Part shown: in pieces, positions 1-11,500 of the stretch
Layout: each line of letters begins with the position of its first letter
Position numbering within the stretch: position 1 is the first letter of the stretch
Assembly (NCBI GenBank): GCA_032718475.1
Contig: JAUCBJ010007649.1
Location: 51,577-115,576, forward strand
Direction: 5' to 3'
DNA: 64,000 nucleotides
From: Nemertoderma westbladi
Lineage: Eukaryota; Animalia; Xenacoelomorpha
Notes under the pieces: model-generated
What the model was told of the DNA's origin: nothing
Seen by the model: the letters and a program-made list of their open reading frames with translations, nothing else
Database searches by the model: none
Made by a program: the position numbers and the translations under genes

Positions 1-3000
1 ACCATTAGTTTATAAACGAGGAATACCATTAGTTTGTAAACGAGGCATACCTTTAGTTTGTAAACGAGGAATACCATTAGTTTGTAAACGAGGAATACCA
101 TTAGTTTGTAAACGAGGTATACCATTAGTTTGTAAGCGAGGAATACCATTAGTTTGTAAACGAGGAATACCATTAGTTTGTAAACGAGGCATACCATTAG
201 TTTGTAAACGAGGAATACCATTAGTTTGTAAACGAGGCATACCATTAGTTTACTTTGGATAGGAGTAGCGCCCACCCCTACCCTCGGGTGTAAACGAGGC
301 ATACCATTAGTTTGTAAACGAGGCATACCATTAGTTTGTAAACGAGGAATACCATTAGTTTATAAACGAGGAATACCATTAGTTTATAAACGAGGAATAC
401 CATTAGTTGGTAAACGAGGAATACCATTTAGTTTGTAAACGAGGCATACCTTTAGTTTGTAAGCGAGGAATACCATTAGTTTGTAAACGAGGAATACCAT
501 TAGTTTGTAAACGAGGCATACCATTAGTTTGTAAACGAGGCATACCATTAGTTTGTAAACGAGGAATACCATTAGTTTGTAAACGAGGCATACCATTAGT
601 TTGTAAACGAGGAATACCATTAGTTTGTAAGCGAGGAATACCATTAGTTTGTAAACGAGGAATACCATTAGTTTGTAAACGAGGAATGCCATTAGTTTGT
701 AAACGAGGAATACCTTTAGTTTGTAAACGAGGAATACCATTAGTTTATAAACGAGGAATACCATTAGTTTATAAACGAGGAATACCATTTAGTTTGTAAA
801 CGAGGCATACCTTTAGTTTGTAAACGATGAATACCATTAGTTTGTAAACGAGGAATACCATTAGTTTGTAAACGAGGTATACCATTAGTTTGTAAGCGAG
901 GAATACCATTAGTTTGTAAACGAGGAATACCATTAGTTTGTAAGCGAGGAATACCATTAGTTTGTAAACGAGGAATACCATTAGTTTGTAAACGAGGTAT
1001 ACCATTAGTTTGTAAACGAGGAATACCTTTAGTTTGTAAACGAGGAATACCATTAGTTTATAAACGAGGAATACCATTAGTTTATAAACGAGGAATACCA
1101 TTTAGTTTGTAAACGAGGCATACCTTTAGTTTGTAAACGCTGAATACCATTAGTTTGTAAACGAGGCATACCATTAGTTTGTAAACGAGGCATACCTTTA
1201 GTTTGTAAACGAGGAATACCATTAGTTTGTAAACGAGGAATACCATTAGTTTGTAAACGAGGCATACCATTAGTTTGTAAACGAGGAATACCTTTAGTTT
1301 GTAAACGAGGAATACCATTAGTTTGTAAACGAGGAATACCATTAGTTTGTAAACGAGGCATACCATTAGTTTGCTTTGGAAAGGAGTAGCGCCCACCCCA
1401 ACCCTCGGGTGTAAACGATGCATACCATTAGTTTGTAAACGAGGCATACCATTAGTTTGCTTTGGATAGGAGTAGCGCCCACCCCTACCCTCGGGTGTAA
1501 ACGATGCATACCATTAGTTTGTAAACGAGGCATACAATTAGTTTGCTTTGGATAGGAGTAGCGCCCACCCCTACCCTCGGGTGTAAACGAGGCATACCAT
1601 TAGTTTGTAAACGAGGAATACCATTAGTTTGTAAACGAGGCATACCATTAGTTTGCTTTGGATAGGAGTAGCGCCCACCCCTACCCTCGGGTGTAAACGA
1701 GGCATACCATTAGTTTGTAAACGAGGCATACCATTAGTTTGCTTTGGATAGGAGTAGCGCCCACCCCTACCCTCGGGTGTAAACGATGCATACCATTAGT
1801 TTGTAAACGAGGCATACCATTAGTTTGCTTTGGATAGGAGTAGCGCCCACCCCTACCCTCGGGTGTAAACGAGGCATACCATTAGTTTGTAAACGAGGAA
1901 TACCATTAGTTTGTAAACGAGGCATACCATTAGTTTGCTTTGGATAGGAGTAGCGCCCACCCCTACCCTCGGGTGTAAACGAGGCATACCATTAGTTTGT
2001 AAACGAGGCATACCATTAGTTTGCTTTGGATAGGAGTAGCGCCCACCCCAACCCTCGGGTGTAAACGAGGCATACCATTAGTTTGTAAACGAGGAATACC
2101 ATTAGTTTGTAAACGAGGCATCCCATTAGTTTGCTTTGGATAGGAGTAGCGCCCACCCCTACCCTCGGGTGTAAACGAGGCATACCATTAGTTTGTAAAC
2201 GAGGCATACCATTAGTTTGCTTTGGATAGGAGTAGCGCCCACCCCTGCCCTCGGGTGTAAACGAGGCATACCATTAGTTTGTAAACGAGGCATACCATTA
2301 GTTTGCTTTGGATAGGAGTAGCGCCCACCCCAACCCTCGGGTGTAAACGAGGCATACCATTAGTTTGTAAACGAGGAATACCATTAGTTTGTAAACGAGG
2401 CATACCATTAGTTTGCTTTGGACAGGAGTAGCGCCCACCCCTACCCTCGGGTGTAAACGAGGCATACCATTAGTTTGTAAACGAGGCATACCGTTAGTTT
2501 GCTTTGGATAGGAGTAGCGCCCACCCCTGCCCTCGGGTGTAAACGAGGCATACCATTAGTTTGTAAACGAGGCATACCATTAGTTTGTAAACGAGGCATA
2601 CCATTAGTTTGCTTTGGATAGGAGTAGCGCCCACCCCTACCCTGGGTTGTAAACGAGGCATACCATTAGTTTGTAAACGAGGCATACCATTAGTTTGCTT
2701 TGGATAGGAGTAGCGCCCACCCCTGCCCTCGGGTGTAAACGAGGCATACCATTAGTTTGTAAACGAGGCATACCATTAGTTTGTAAACGAGGCATACCAT
2801 TAGTTTGCTTCGGATAGGAGTAGCGCCCACCCCTACCCTCGGGTGTAAACGAGGCATACCATTAGTTTGTAAACGAGGCATACCATTAGTTTGTAAACGA
2901 GGCATACCATTAGTTTGTAAACGAGGCATACCATTAGTTTGTAAACGAGGCATACCATTAGTTTGTAAACGAGGCATACCATTAGTTTGCTTTGGATAGG

Positions 3001-4441
3001 AGTAGCGCCCACCCCTACCCTGGGTTGTAAACGAGGCATACCATTAGTTTGTAAACGAGGCATACCATTAGTTTGCTTTGGATAGGAGTAGCGCCCACCC
3101 CTACCCTCGGGTGTAAACGAGGCATACCATTAGTTTGAAAACGAGGCATACCATTAGTTTGTAAACGAGGCATACCATTAGTTTGCTTTGGATAGGAGTA
3201 GCGCACACCCCTACCCTCGGGTGTAAAAGAGGCATACCATTAGTTTGTAAACGAGGCATACCATTAGTTTGCTTTGGATAGGAGTAGCGCCCACCCCAAC
3301 CCTCGGGTGTAAACGAGGCATACCATTAGTTTGTAAACGAGGAATACCATTAGTTTGTAAACGAGGCATACCATTAGTTTGCTTTGGATAGGAGTAGCGC
3401 CCACCCCTACCCTCGGGTGTAAACGAGGCATACCATTAGTTTGTAAACGAGGCATACCATTAGTTTGCTTTGGATAGGAGTAGCGCCCACCCCTGCCCTC
3501 GGGTGTAAACGAGGCATACCATTAGTTTGTAAACGAGGCATACCATTAGTTTGTAAACGAGGCATACCATTAGTTTGTAAACGAGGCATACCATTAGTTT
3601 GCTTTGGATAGGAGTAGCGCCCACCCCTACCCTCGGGTGTAAACGAGGAATACCATTAGTTTGAAAACGAGGCATACCATTAGTTTGTAAACGAGGCATA
3701 CCATTAGTTTGCTTTGGATAGGAGTAGCGCACACCCCTACACTCGGGTGTAAACGATGCATACCATTAGTTTTCTTTGGATAGGAGTAGCGCCCACCCCT
3801 ACACTCGGGTGTAAACGATGCATACCATTAGTTTGCTTTGGATAGGAGTAGCGCCCACCCCTACCCTCGGGTGTAAACTATCATACCATTAGTTTGCTTT
3901 GGATAGGAGTAGCGCCCACCCCTACACTCGGGTGTAAACGATGCATACCATTAGTTTGCTTTGGATAGGAGTAGCGCCCACCCCTACCCTCGGGTGTAAA
4001 CGATCATACCATTAGTTTGCTTTGGATAGGAGTAGCGCCCACCCCTACACTCGGGTGTAAACGAGGCATACCATTAGTTTGCTTTGGATAGGAGTAGCGC
4101 CCACCCCTACCCTCGGGTGTAAACTATCATACCATTAGTTTACTTTGATTGGAGTAGCGCCCACCCCTACCCTCGGGTGTAAACGAGGCATACCATTAGT
4201 TTACTTTGGATAGGAGTAGCGCCCACCCCTACCATCGGGTGTAAACGAGGTATACCATTAGTTTGCTTTGGATAGGAGTAGCGCCCACCCCTACCCTCGG
4301 GTGTAAACAGGGCATTCCATTAGTTTGCTTTGGATAGGAGTAGCGCCCACCCCTACCCTCGGGTGTAAACTATCATACCATTAGTTTACTTTGGATTGGA
4401 GTAGCGCCCACCCCTACCCTCGGGTGTAAACGAGGCATACC
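1..4441. repeat. Satellite array of 24-bp units (ACCATTAGTTTGTAAACGAGG[A/C]AT) and 62-bp units (24-mer plus a 38-bp insert)
   Basis: Directly visible tandem units; the 62-mer contains CTTTGGATAGGAGTAGCGCCCACCCCTACCCTCGGGTG. 24-mers dominate to about 1370, mixed to about 3750, then pure 62-mers. Confidence 0.98.
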
Positions 4442-5662
4442 TGTAAAAGCCTTTGCTGAATTGCCCCGTTATTTTTATTATCTTTTACATTAAAATACTC
4501 TGTAGTTGATTTAATAAGTGTAAGAGACCGTATTATTACTGTATCGGTGTTTTTTAGAGGATCTAAGAGCTATTTCCTCCGTATGTGTACTGTGAAAGGC
4601 ATAGTTGATGATTCTATGGCAATTCCATGACGCAAAGGGTGATAGCTACTCTTGAACAGTAGTTACTATGACTACGGTTAACAGCTGATATTCATACGTG
4701 TTGATTTTCTTTGTTCTACGGCGTCTCTCAGTTCAGTCAGCCAATCAGAGCATTTTTATGGCTCTTGTAGAGAAATTTCCTAGAAATCACGTAATGCTTT
4801 ATGTGCAGTGTTTACATTCAGTCCTGAGCCAGGAGAGAACGGCTTGGAAATATTTTGTGCCTTTCTGTTTTTAGCTTAACACTAGTAGGCTTAATTATAA
4901 GGACATATATCCGTTATCACACACTGAATCACTGTGCAACTCAACTAAACAAACCAAATCTGCATGTACCATACACTGTGCATACTTTATATTGTTATAC
5001 TGCTATTTACTGTCGGTCCTTCATAATATGGTTGATGAATTATTATATTTGGAATAACGATAAATAACCCCGAAACTCAATATTCTTGATATACCGAAGG
5101 TAAGAGAGAAAGGTTATATATAACGATTGTGACTTATGTTAAGGTGGTTTGAAGTGAATCTAATGTTATTTGATAGACCCTACATGAGTCGGTCCGTGTT
5201 CCTTTTATATGTGACTAAAATCAGTGAAGATCGGCAGATTAGTGTGCAGTATTGTGCAGCATTGTGTATGAGTGAGACTGATAACGAAGCATTTCCTAAA
5301 GAATGCGCCATATATGTGAATTATAACTAAGCCATATCGTTGTGAGTAGTTTAAGTCATAACTCTGTTTATATAGATAGAGCGCCACGTCCTAAAGGAAC
5401 TGTTAATATTCCCCGAAGGTGAATAATATTGTCAGAGATTATATAATACTGTCAGTCGAATAATACATTAGGCTTACCTAGCAATAAGATTAAGCCGTCG
5501 AACCCAATCTCCCGGGTATATCCAGCGGGTGAATGATCGCGCACAGATTGGTTTCGACTAGTGTAGTGAATCAAATACTTGTCATAGGCTAAAAGTGATT
5601 TATTATCTAAAAGACATCCTAATTTGGCGGGTTAAACTGCCAAAGGTCTGAAAGCGCGAACA
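4442..5662 (+). repeat. E1 5' LTR (1221 bp)
   Basis: Direct repeat of 21512-22722 at offset 17060 with about 10 substitutions counted by eye; starts TGTAAAAG, ends GCGCGAACA. Confidence 0.95.
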
Positions 5663-5674
5663 ATAACGGATATA
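5663..5674 (+). promoter_or_regulatory. E1 non-tRNA primer-binding site candidate (ATAACGGATATA)
   Basis: Directly follows the 5' LTR, lacks TGG, and is the exact reverse complement of LTR 4906-4917 (TATATCCGTTAT). Confidence 0.65.
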
Positions 5675-5809
5675 GCTTCTGTATTGCAGTGTAGGCATTA
5701 AATACAGTTTAATATTGTTCTGGTAAGAACAATAACGGATATAGCTTCTTTATTGCAGTAAGCAATAAAGTTGAAAGTACCGGTCAACCGGTAAACCTGA
5801 ACGGTACAT

Positions 5810-5924
5810 CTGTAGGTCAGTAGGCCCAACTGCCAGAACCGGTACTGCTGTAGGCCCGTAGGTCCAACTGCCAGAACCGGTACTTCTGTAAGTCCGTAGG
5901 CCCAACTGTCCTAACCGGTACTTC
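5810..5924. repeat. 38-bp tandem repeat, 3 copies, in the E1 leader
   Basis: CTGTAGG...CCAACTGCCAGAACCGGTAC units start at 5810, 5848 and 5886. Confidence 0.85.
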
Positions 5925-6100
5925 CCGTATAAGTACATTAGTATTATTCGATTTGATTGTTGTATACCGGTAGGCTGTTTAAGAGATTAGGGACTGTACA
6001 CCCCTTGTTTCTTTTAGAGCTTACTTATTTCTGTCAGTTTTATTTGTTTGTAGGCTAGTATTGAACAGAAGGAGTGTAAGCCTGATCAGATTGTACAGAC

Positions 6101-6670
6101 AATTTGTAGGCTGGGCTGTTGTCTGATTGCTGTTAAGTCCGAACGGATTGCAGTGTGTGTAGATCACCTGTCCGATAAAGAACGGTTAGGAAGTAGGGGC
6201 AGCAAATGCTGTAAGGTAAACCCCCAACTAAAGAATAAGTCGTACTACTGGGTTAGAACGCATACTACCTAATCATTTCGGAGTCTGCATGTCCTGTAGT
6301 TTATTTAGGCTTGAGAGTAGTCTGCCATCGTTTGGTCTGTACTTTGTTTGTTTAAGTCTGTACGGGTAGCATATAATATTTATTTAGATAATTTGTAGGC
6401 TGGATAGTTGTCTGGCTGTTATTAGGTCTGAACGGATTGCAGTGTATGTAGATCACCTGTCCGATAAAGAACGGTTAGGAAGTAGGGGCAGCCAATGCTG
6501 TAAGGTAAACCCCCAACTAAAGAATAAGTCGTACTACTGGGTTAGAACGCATACTACCTAATCATTTCGGAGTCTGCATGTCCTGTAGTTTATTTAGGCT
6601 TGATAGTAGTCTGTCAGTGTTTGGTCTGCATTTTGTTTGAGTGGTTTGTACGCGTAGCGTAATATTTATT
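6101..6670. repeat. About 289-bp tandem duplication in the E1 leader
   Basis: AATTTGTAGGCTGG at 6101 and 6390; central ~170 bp nearly identical. Confidence 0.9.
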
Positions 6671-7992
6671 ATTCAGAGTTTATGCGATTATTCGCAACAT
6701 TCATTCCCCAAGTTTGTTCCTACAATAATTGTGTTTGTTATACATACCGCTATAGTTAAATTAACCCCGGTACTACACGGGCTGCTTGGCGTAGGTAAAG
6801 ACTGGTGATTTTGTGCACCGGTCACTCCAGCAGATGCCGTGGTTCTTTTAACTGTTCAAGTATATTTAACTACTGATTATATGTTGTACAAGTACTCGTA
6901 CCTAATTTAGGGTTTAGTGTACAGTGCTTTCCGAAAGTAATTAGCGTAGACATTATATTTGTGTTGTAAAGTGGTTGATAGGCACGTTCGATTAGCTCTA
7001 TTAACTTCTAGGTAGGAACACTCCGTGATACATAACGTAGTACCTATAGCGATAAGGCTATAGGTCGACAGGCGGTGGTATTTTCCTATCTGGACAACGC
7101 AGTGTATTTACTACTACGTATTATTTTCAAATACGGCAGTACCCTGTCCGTTGTAATAACCAGAATTCTAACCCTTTGTTAGGCTGGTTTGTAGACTTCT
7201 TGTAAAATTACCCTGAAAATTCGTATTTTGTGTTTTTTGTAAATTTTTGTGTTTATTTAGAGATTGTAATCTCACCCGAATTGTACGTAATTTGTAGTAT
7301 TTAGTAACTTAGGTAAATTAGTATTATTTGTTTTAGTGTCCTATAAGTAACACTTCACTGAAAGCGCACCGCTTTGTGTAGTGATTACTCCCCAGAAATA
7401 ATAACATTTATTTCAAACATTGACAAAACCCATTAAAACGGGTATATATATATATTATAAATCAAATCTAACGATTTATAAATAGTAGGCCTGCCATACA
7501 ACCATTAGGTCTCAATATCAGTTGGATTACTGCTCAAATAACGGTAATAAAGTAAGTAAAGTAACCAAGTAACCCTAAAATTCAGAAATTCAATTATTTA
7601 AAATAATTGATATACCGGTATTTACGATAGGCCTATTATCTTTATTTCTATAAATTTAGGCTGAAACTATACCGGTACTTTATAATTAATTCTAGTCCAG
7701 AATTATAATTATATATACTATAAAACTGTAAGCTGTATACCGGTATTCCCGATAGGCCTATTATATATTTATATATATTTGTGCTAAAATTATACCGGTA
7801 TTCTGTGATAAACCTAGTCTGTGATAATAGTTATATATACTATAAGCATACCGGTATTCTAATATATTATATATATCACGCTACACTGAGTAGCAGTACC
7901 GGTAATTAATTACTAGGCTAGCAGTTAATACTGAGTTACTAGACTTGCTCAGACTGTAATACAGCAGTAGACATTCAACTGTACACATAAAC

Positions 7993-8421
7993 ATGTCTGA
8001 TACTAAGCAGAACCTGTCAGACAGTTTATTAGATGTAACTATCTGCGACTCAGATAGAGGCGTAGAACCGTCTAGTCGTAAGTTCAGTTCACCTCCCACT
8101 GTGAGGAAGGTCATCCCTCCAGTAGTAATAAAAGAACCTAGGCTGGTCCAACATCGTAGGTCTATCATAGGCACTCGAGCTCAGGTCAAGCGGGACCAAG
8201 AAGCAGCGGAACAGCAACAACCCGCGAGCCAAGAACTTACTTCTCAACGGCCCAACAGCTCCAGTAGTGAGGATACTGTAGAACTGACACCAGAACGCGG
8301 AGCAAAGATGATGGATGCGGTTTATTCGGATCCCCTTCTCATCCTTCCTGCAGCCGTACTCACTAGGTTATTGATTGCAGTGGAAGAACACCAGATCGAT
8401 TGGGCGAGAAGTCAACGATAA
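7993..8421 (+). CDS. E1 Gag N-terminus, in frame with the 8548 ORF and separated from it by a single TAA
   Basis: 8548-7993=555 (same frame); 8422-8547 is open; MSDT...CDSDR start resembles E2 MSDT...CDPDR. Confidence 0.75.
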   Translation: MSDTKQNLSDSLLDVTICDSDRGVEPSSRKFSSPPTVRKVIPPVVIKEPRLVQHRRSIIGTRAQVKRDQEAAEQQQPASQELTSQRPNSSSSEDTVELTPERGAKMMDAVYSDPLLILPAAVLTRLLIAVEEHQIDWARSQR

Positions 8422-8547
8422 ACTAAAGATAATTATGCGGGATACACGAGTGAAGAACTGAAGTCTATTGTCGAGTCGCAATGGAACTTCCCCGGACCCG
8501 GACTCCCGTTTGATTTATCAGAAGCTGCCTGGGAAGACATACACCGG

Positions 8548-11500
8548 ATGGGAGTAGCCAAGGAAACCATCGATCCAGCTGTGTGGAAGAGGTCTGCAGC
8601 CGGATACGCACAGGGATTCTTCAGCTCTATGGAGCGAGTAAAAGAACAACTGTTCCAACAACCTCAAGGACCTCAAGAGCAGAGACAACTGCTTTATCAA
8701 GTTAGAGAAAGAATTCTGCGAATCAGGCTAATCTTATCAGCCTTTGAGGAGGCTTCTAAACGAAGACAAGACACGTCGTTGCAAGTTGCCGTAAAGACTT
8801 GGTTTCAACGGGTGAGTCGCCAGGTTCAAGGAACAGCTCAGTGGAAAGCTCAGCTGGAGGAGCGCTCAACCCATGGAGAATCAACAGACGCTACTTTTTC
8901 CCAAGTGGAAAGTGAAGCGATGGCAGAGAAACCGCATAAGAGGGATGCCATTGACATCTATCTGTCAGACTATCAACGTTTTTTAGGTGATGACGAGTTG
9001 AGGAGAAGGTTAGAGGGACTTAGCCCTAATAGTGAAGGAACCAAGCTTGTGTTGGATGCCATCGATGTGGAAATGAGGGCTGCGAACCAGGCTAAATTTG
9101 ATGAACAACTCCGCATCACACGAGTCCAGGAGGAGCAAGTAAAGAAAAAACGTATAGAAGACAGAAAGAAAGCAGCAGTGGTAGCTGCAGAAGCAGAAAG
9201 AAAAGCGGCAGCGGCAGAGGCAGCGGCAGAGGCAAAGGCGGCAGAGGCAGCGGCAGAAGCAAAAGCGGCCGAAGCTGAAAGAAAGGCGGCAGAGGCAGTG
9301 GCAGAAGCAGAACGGAGAGCGACTGAAGAAACCACCCAATTAGAATTGGAAAACATTCAGGAGAATCAAGACTGCATAAATAAACAGTTAACAGCTAGTA
9401 ATATGCAGATGATGAATCGATCTACATATATATATGGATATGGATATACATCATCTGAGGAAGGCGATACCACCGATACTGAAGGCAAGGGAAATAGATC
9501 TCGTCTAAGTAGACGTAAAAGAACATTCCACCGTCAGAAATTGCCTGATTTGCCTCCAGCTGTTAGAAGGCAACTAAATAACACCAACTTAGGTAGTACA
9601 GAGCCCACAGACCAAATAATTAAAATAGAAAGACTCCCTACTATAGTAGATGAGCCTGAAATAATTAGGCCTGTTTTTGAAATCACCCCTTCGGTGATAG
9701 ATACACCTGTGCTCCCTGAAGCTACCTCTAAATTCCCTCTGCATAGCACTAAGCTACCTGTGCCCAGTAGAACTGCCCAGGAGACAGTTCAGGTCCTGGA
9801 CCCCGAGCGAAATATTCATGATTTGTCGCCCATTGTCCCTCGTCCGCCCGCTACAACGTTGGCGACTCCCGCTTCGGCGGTCGAATGGGTGGACGAGAGA
9901 CGGCGGGGGATGGATCTCCTGCTCGGGCAGATGCAGGAGACTGTTCAGCAATTCAAGGGCACAGTAAGGGAAAGTAGGCTAGAGTTGCAAGAAGTGCAGC
10001 AAAGTATCGCGCTAGAACGCGATAAATTAGTAAATACTCAAAGGGGTATACCACCACCCTCGGTAACAATGTGTCAACCTGTTAGGTCTGAAGTATCTCA
10101 TGCGCAAGGTGTGGAGCCTACACGCATATATACCGCTAGCGAAGTAGAAACTCCTATAGTGAACCCTATTAAGGGTAATTATAGACCTGTTGATAATGAC
10201 ATTCCCTATAGACCTGATCATAATCCGAGAAATTTATATACCGATAACTCGATATTAAATAACACGATGGCCCAAGAAAGTTTTACGCGTCAAATGGCTA
10301 GAACCGAAGCCCGGCAAGCGGTAAAGGTGGGAGAGATCGTCAAGTTCAATGGAGATGAGATGAAATGGTTACCTTTTAATGAATATTACAAAGATAACAT
10401 ACAGAACTCTGTACTATCTAATGGAGAAAAACTTAGATACCTCATCGAGTGCTTGGAAGGATCTCCTAAGTTAATGGCGTTAAAGTTTATTGGACATCCA
10501 GACGGATTAAGACAAGTTTGGGATACACTAAACATCAGGTATGGTAATAGGAATAACATCGCTGGGTATTTGTATGCAAAGTTAGTAGCGCCCCGAAAGT
10601 TTATTAGCAGCGGGATTATCGAGTTTTCCGATGAGATACAGGAGATCTGCAGACAATTAGATTGGCTAGGTAAGTCTCATGAGTATCAGAACACTATGGT
10701 TATTAGAGCAGTGGCTTCTACTTTACCGAAGGGTGGAGTAGGTACACGCTGGGATAAGAAAGTGTTATATATGATGGAACAACAACGACGAGACCCTACC
10801 ATGGCTGATCTCATGTCATTCCTAGATGGAGAAGTGAAATTACAGCTCCTGAAACTGTCCAGAGAGAAGACACCGGAAAACAAGGTAAGTGAAAAACCCG
10901 TCTCTAGGAGAAAGGTAACACCAGTGTGTTATACAGACGACGGCGAAAGCCAGACTTCTCAAGGAGAAGATAGCGGGAAAGACACTGATAGATCTTATTA
11001 TGTCAATAAAATGCCTAAAGATCAGGTAAGTAAATTCAAGTCTCGAGCAAATGATCGGAGAGAACAGGTAAGAAAAACTCCTCCCACGTCTCCCAAGAGA
11101 ATTCCGGTGAGAAAGCCCGAAGAAAAGGCAAGTGTACACAATGTGACTCAGATTAAGGTGAGTAACATCAAACCAAAATGTGCGCTATGTGATGGGACCC
11201 ATCGCTTGAATATGTGTGATGAATTTCTAAAGAAATCATTAACAGAGAGACGTGAAGTCATGTGGGACAAGCGGTTGTGTTATAATTGCCTCAGACAAGG
11301 ACATCAACGGCGAACCTGTTACTCAGACATAAGGTGTGCAAAGTGTGGTGCGAAACATCATATCTTGTTGCACGCTGAATTCGATCGAAATAGTCCTAAT
11401 CAGGTAAGTGATTCCGAACTACATGTCCAATTCAGTGATGTGAACGACACTGATCAATCTGAGATGGAAGGATTCTATACGGACGAGTTCTCCGACGAAA

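Noticed and set aside
10-3732. Many repetitive ORFs (MPRLQTNG, MVFLVYKL), also at 23195-28556
   Set aside because: Artefacts of a stop-free 24-bp unit.
1-4441. CRISPR-like repeat/spacer look of the satellite
   Set aside because: The 38-bp 'spacer' is constant, there are no cas genes, and the context is eukaryotic.
5721-5730. TGG at 5721 as a tRNA PBS for E1
   Set aside because: It lies 58 nt from the LTR end, too far for a canonical PBS, and sits in a hairpin loop.
8973-9356. Ala-rich antisense ORFs (also 32510-32857)
   Set aside because: Shadows of the Gag EAAA/KAAE coiled-coil codons.
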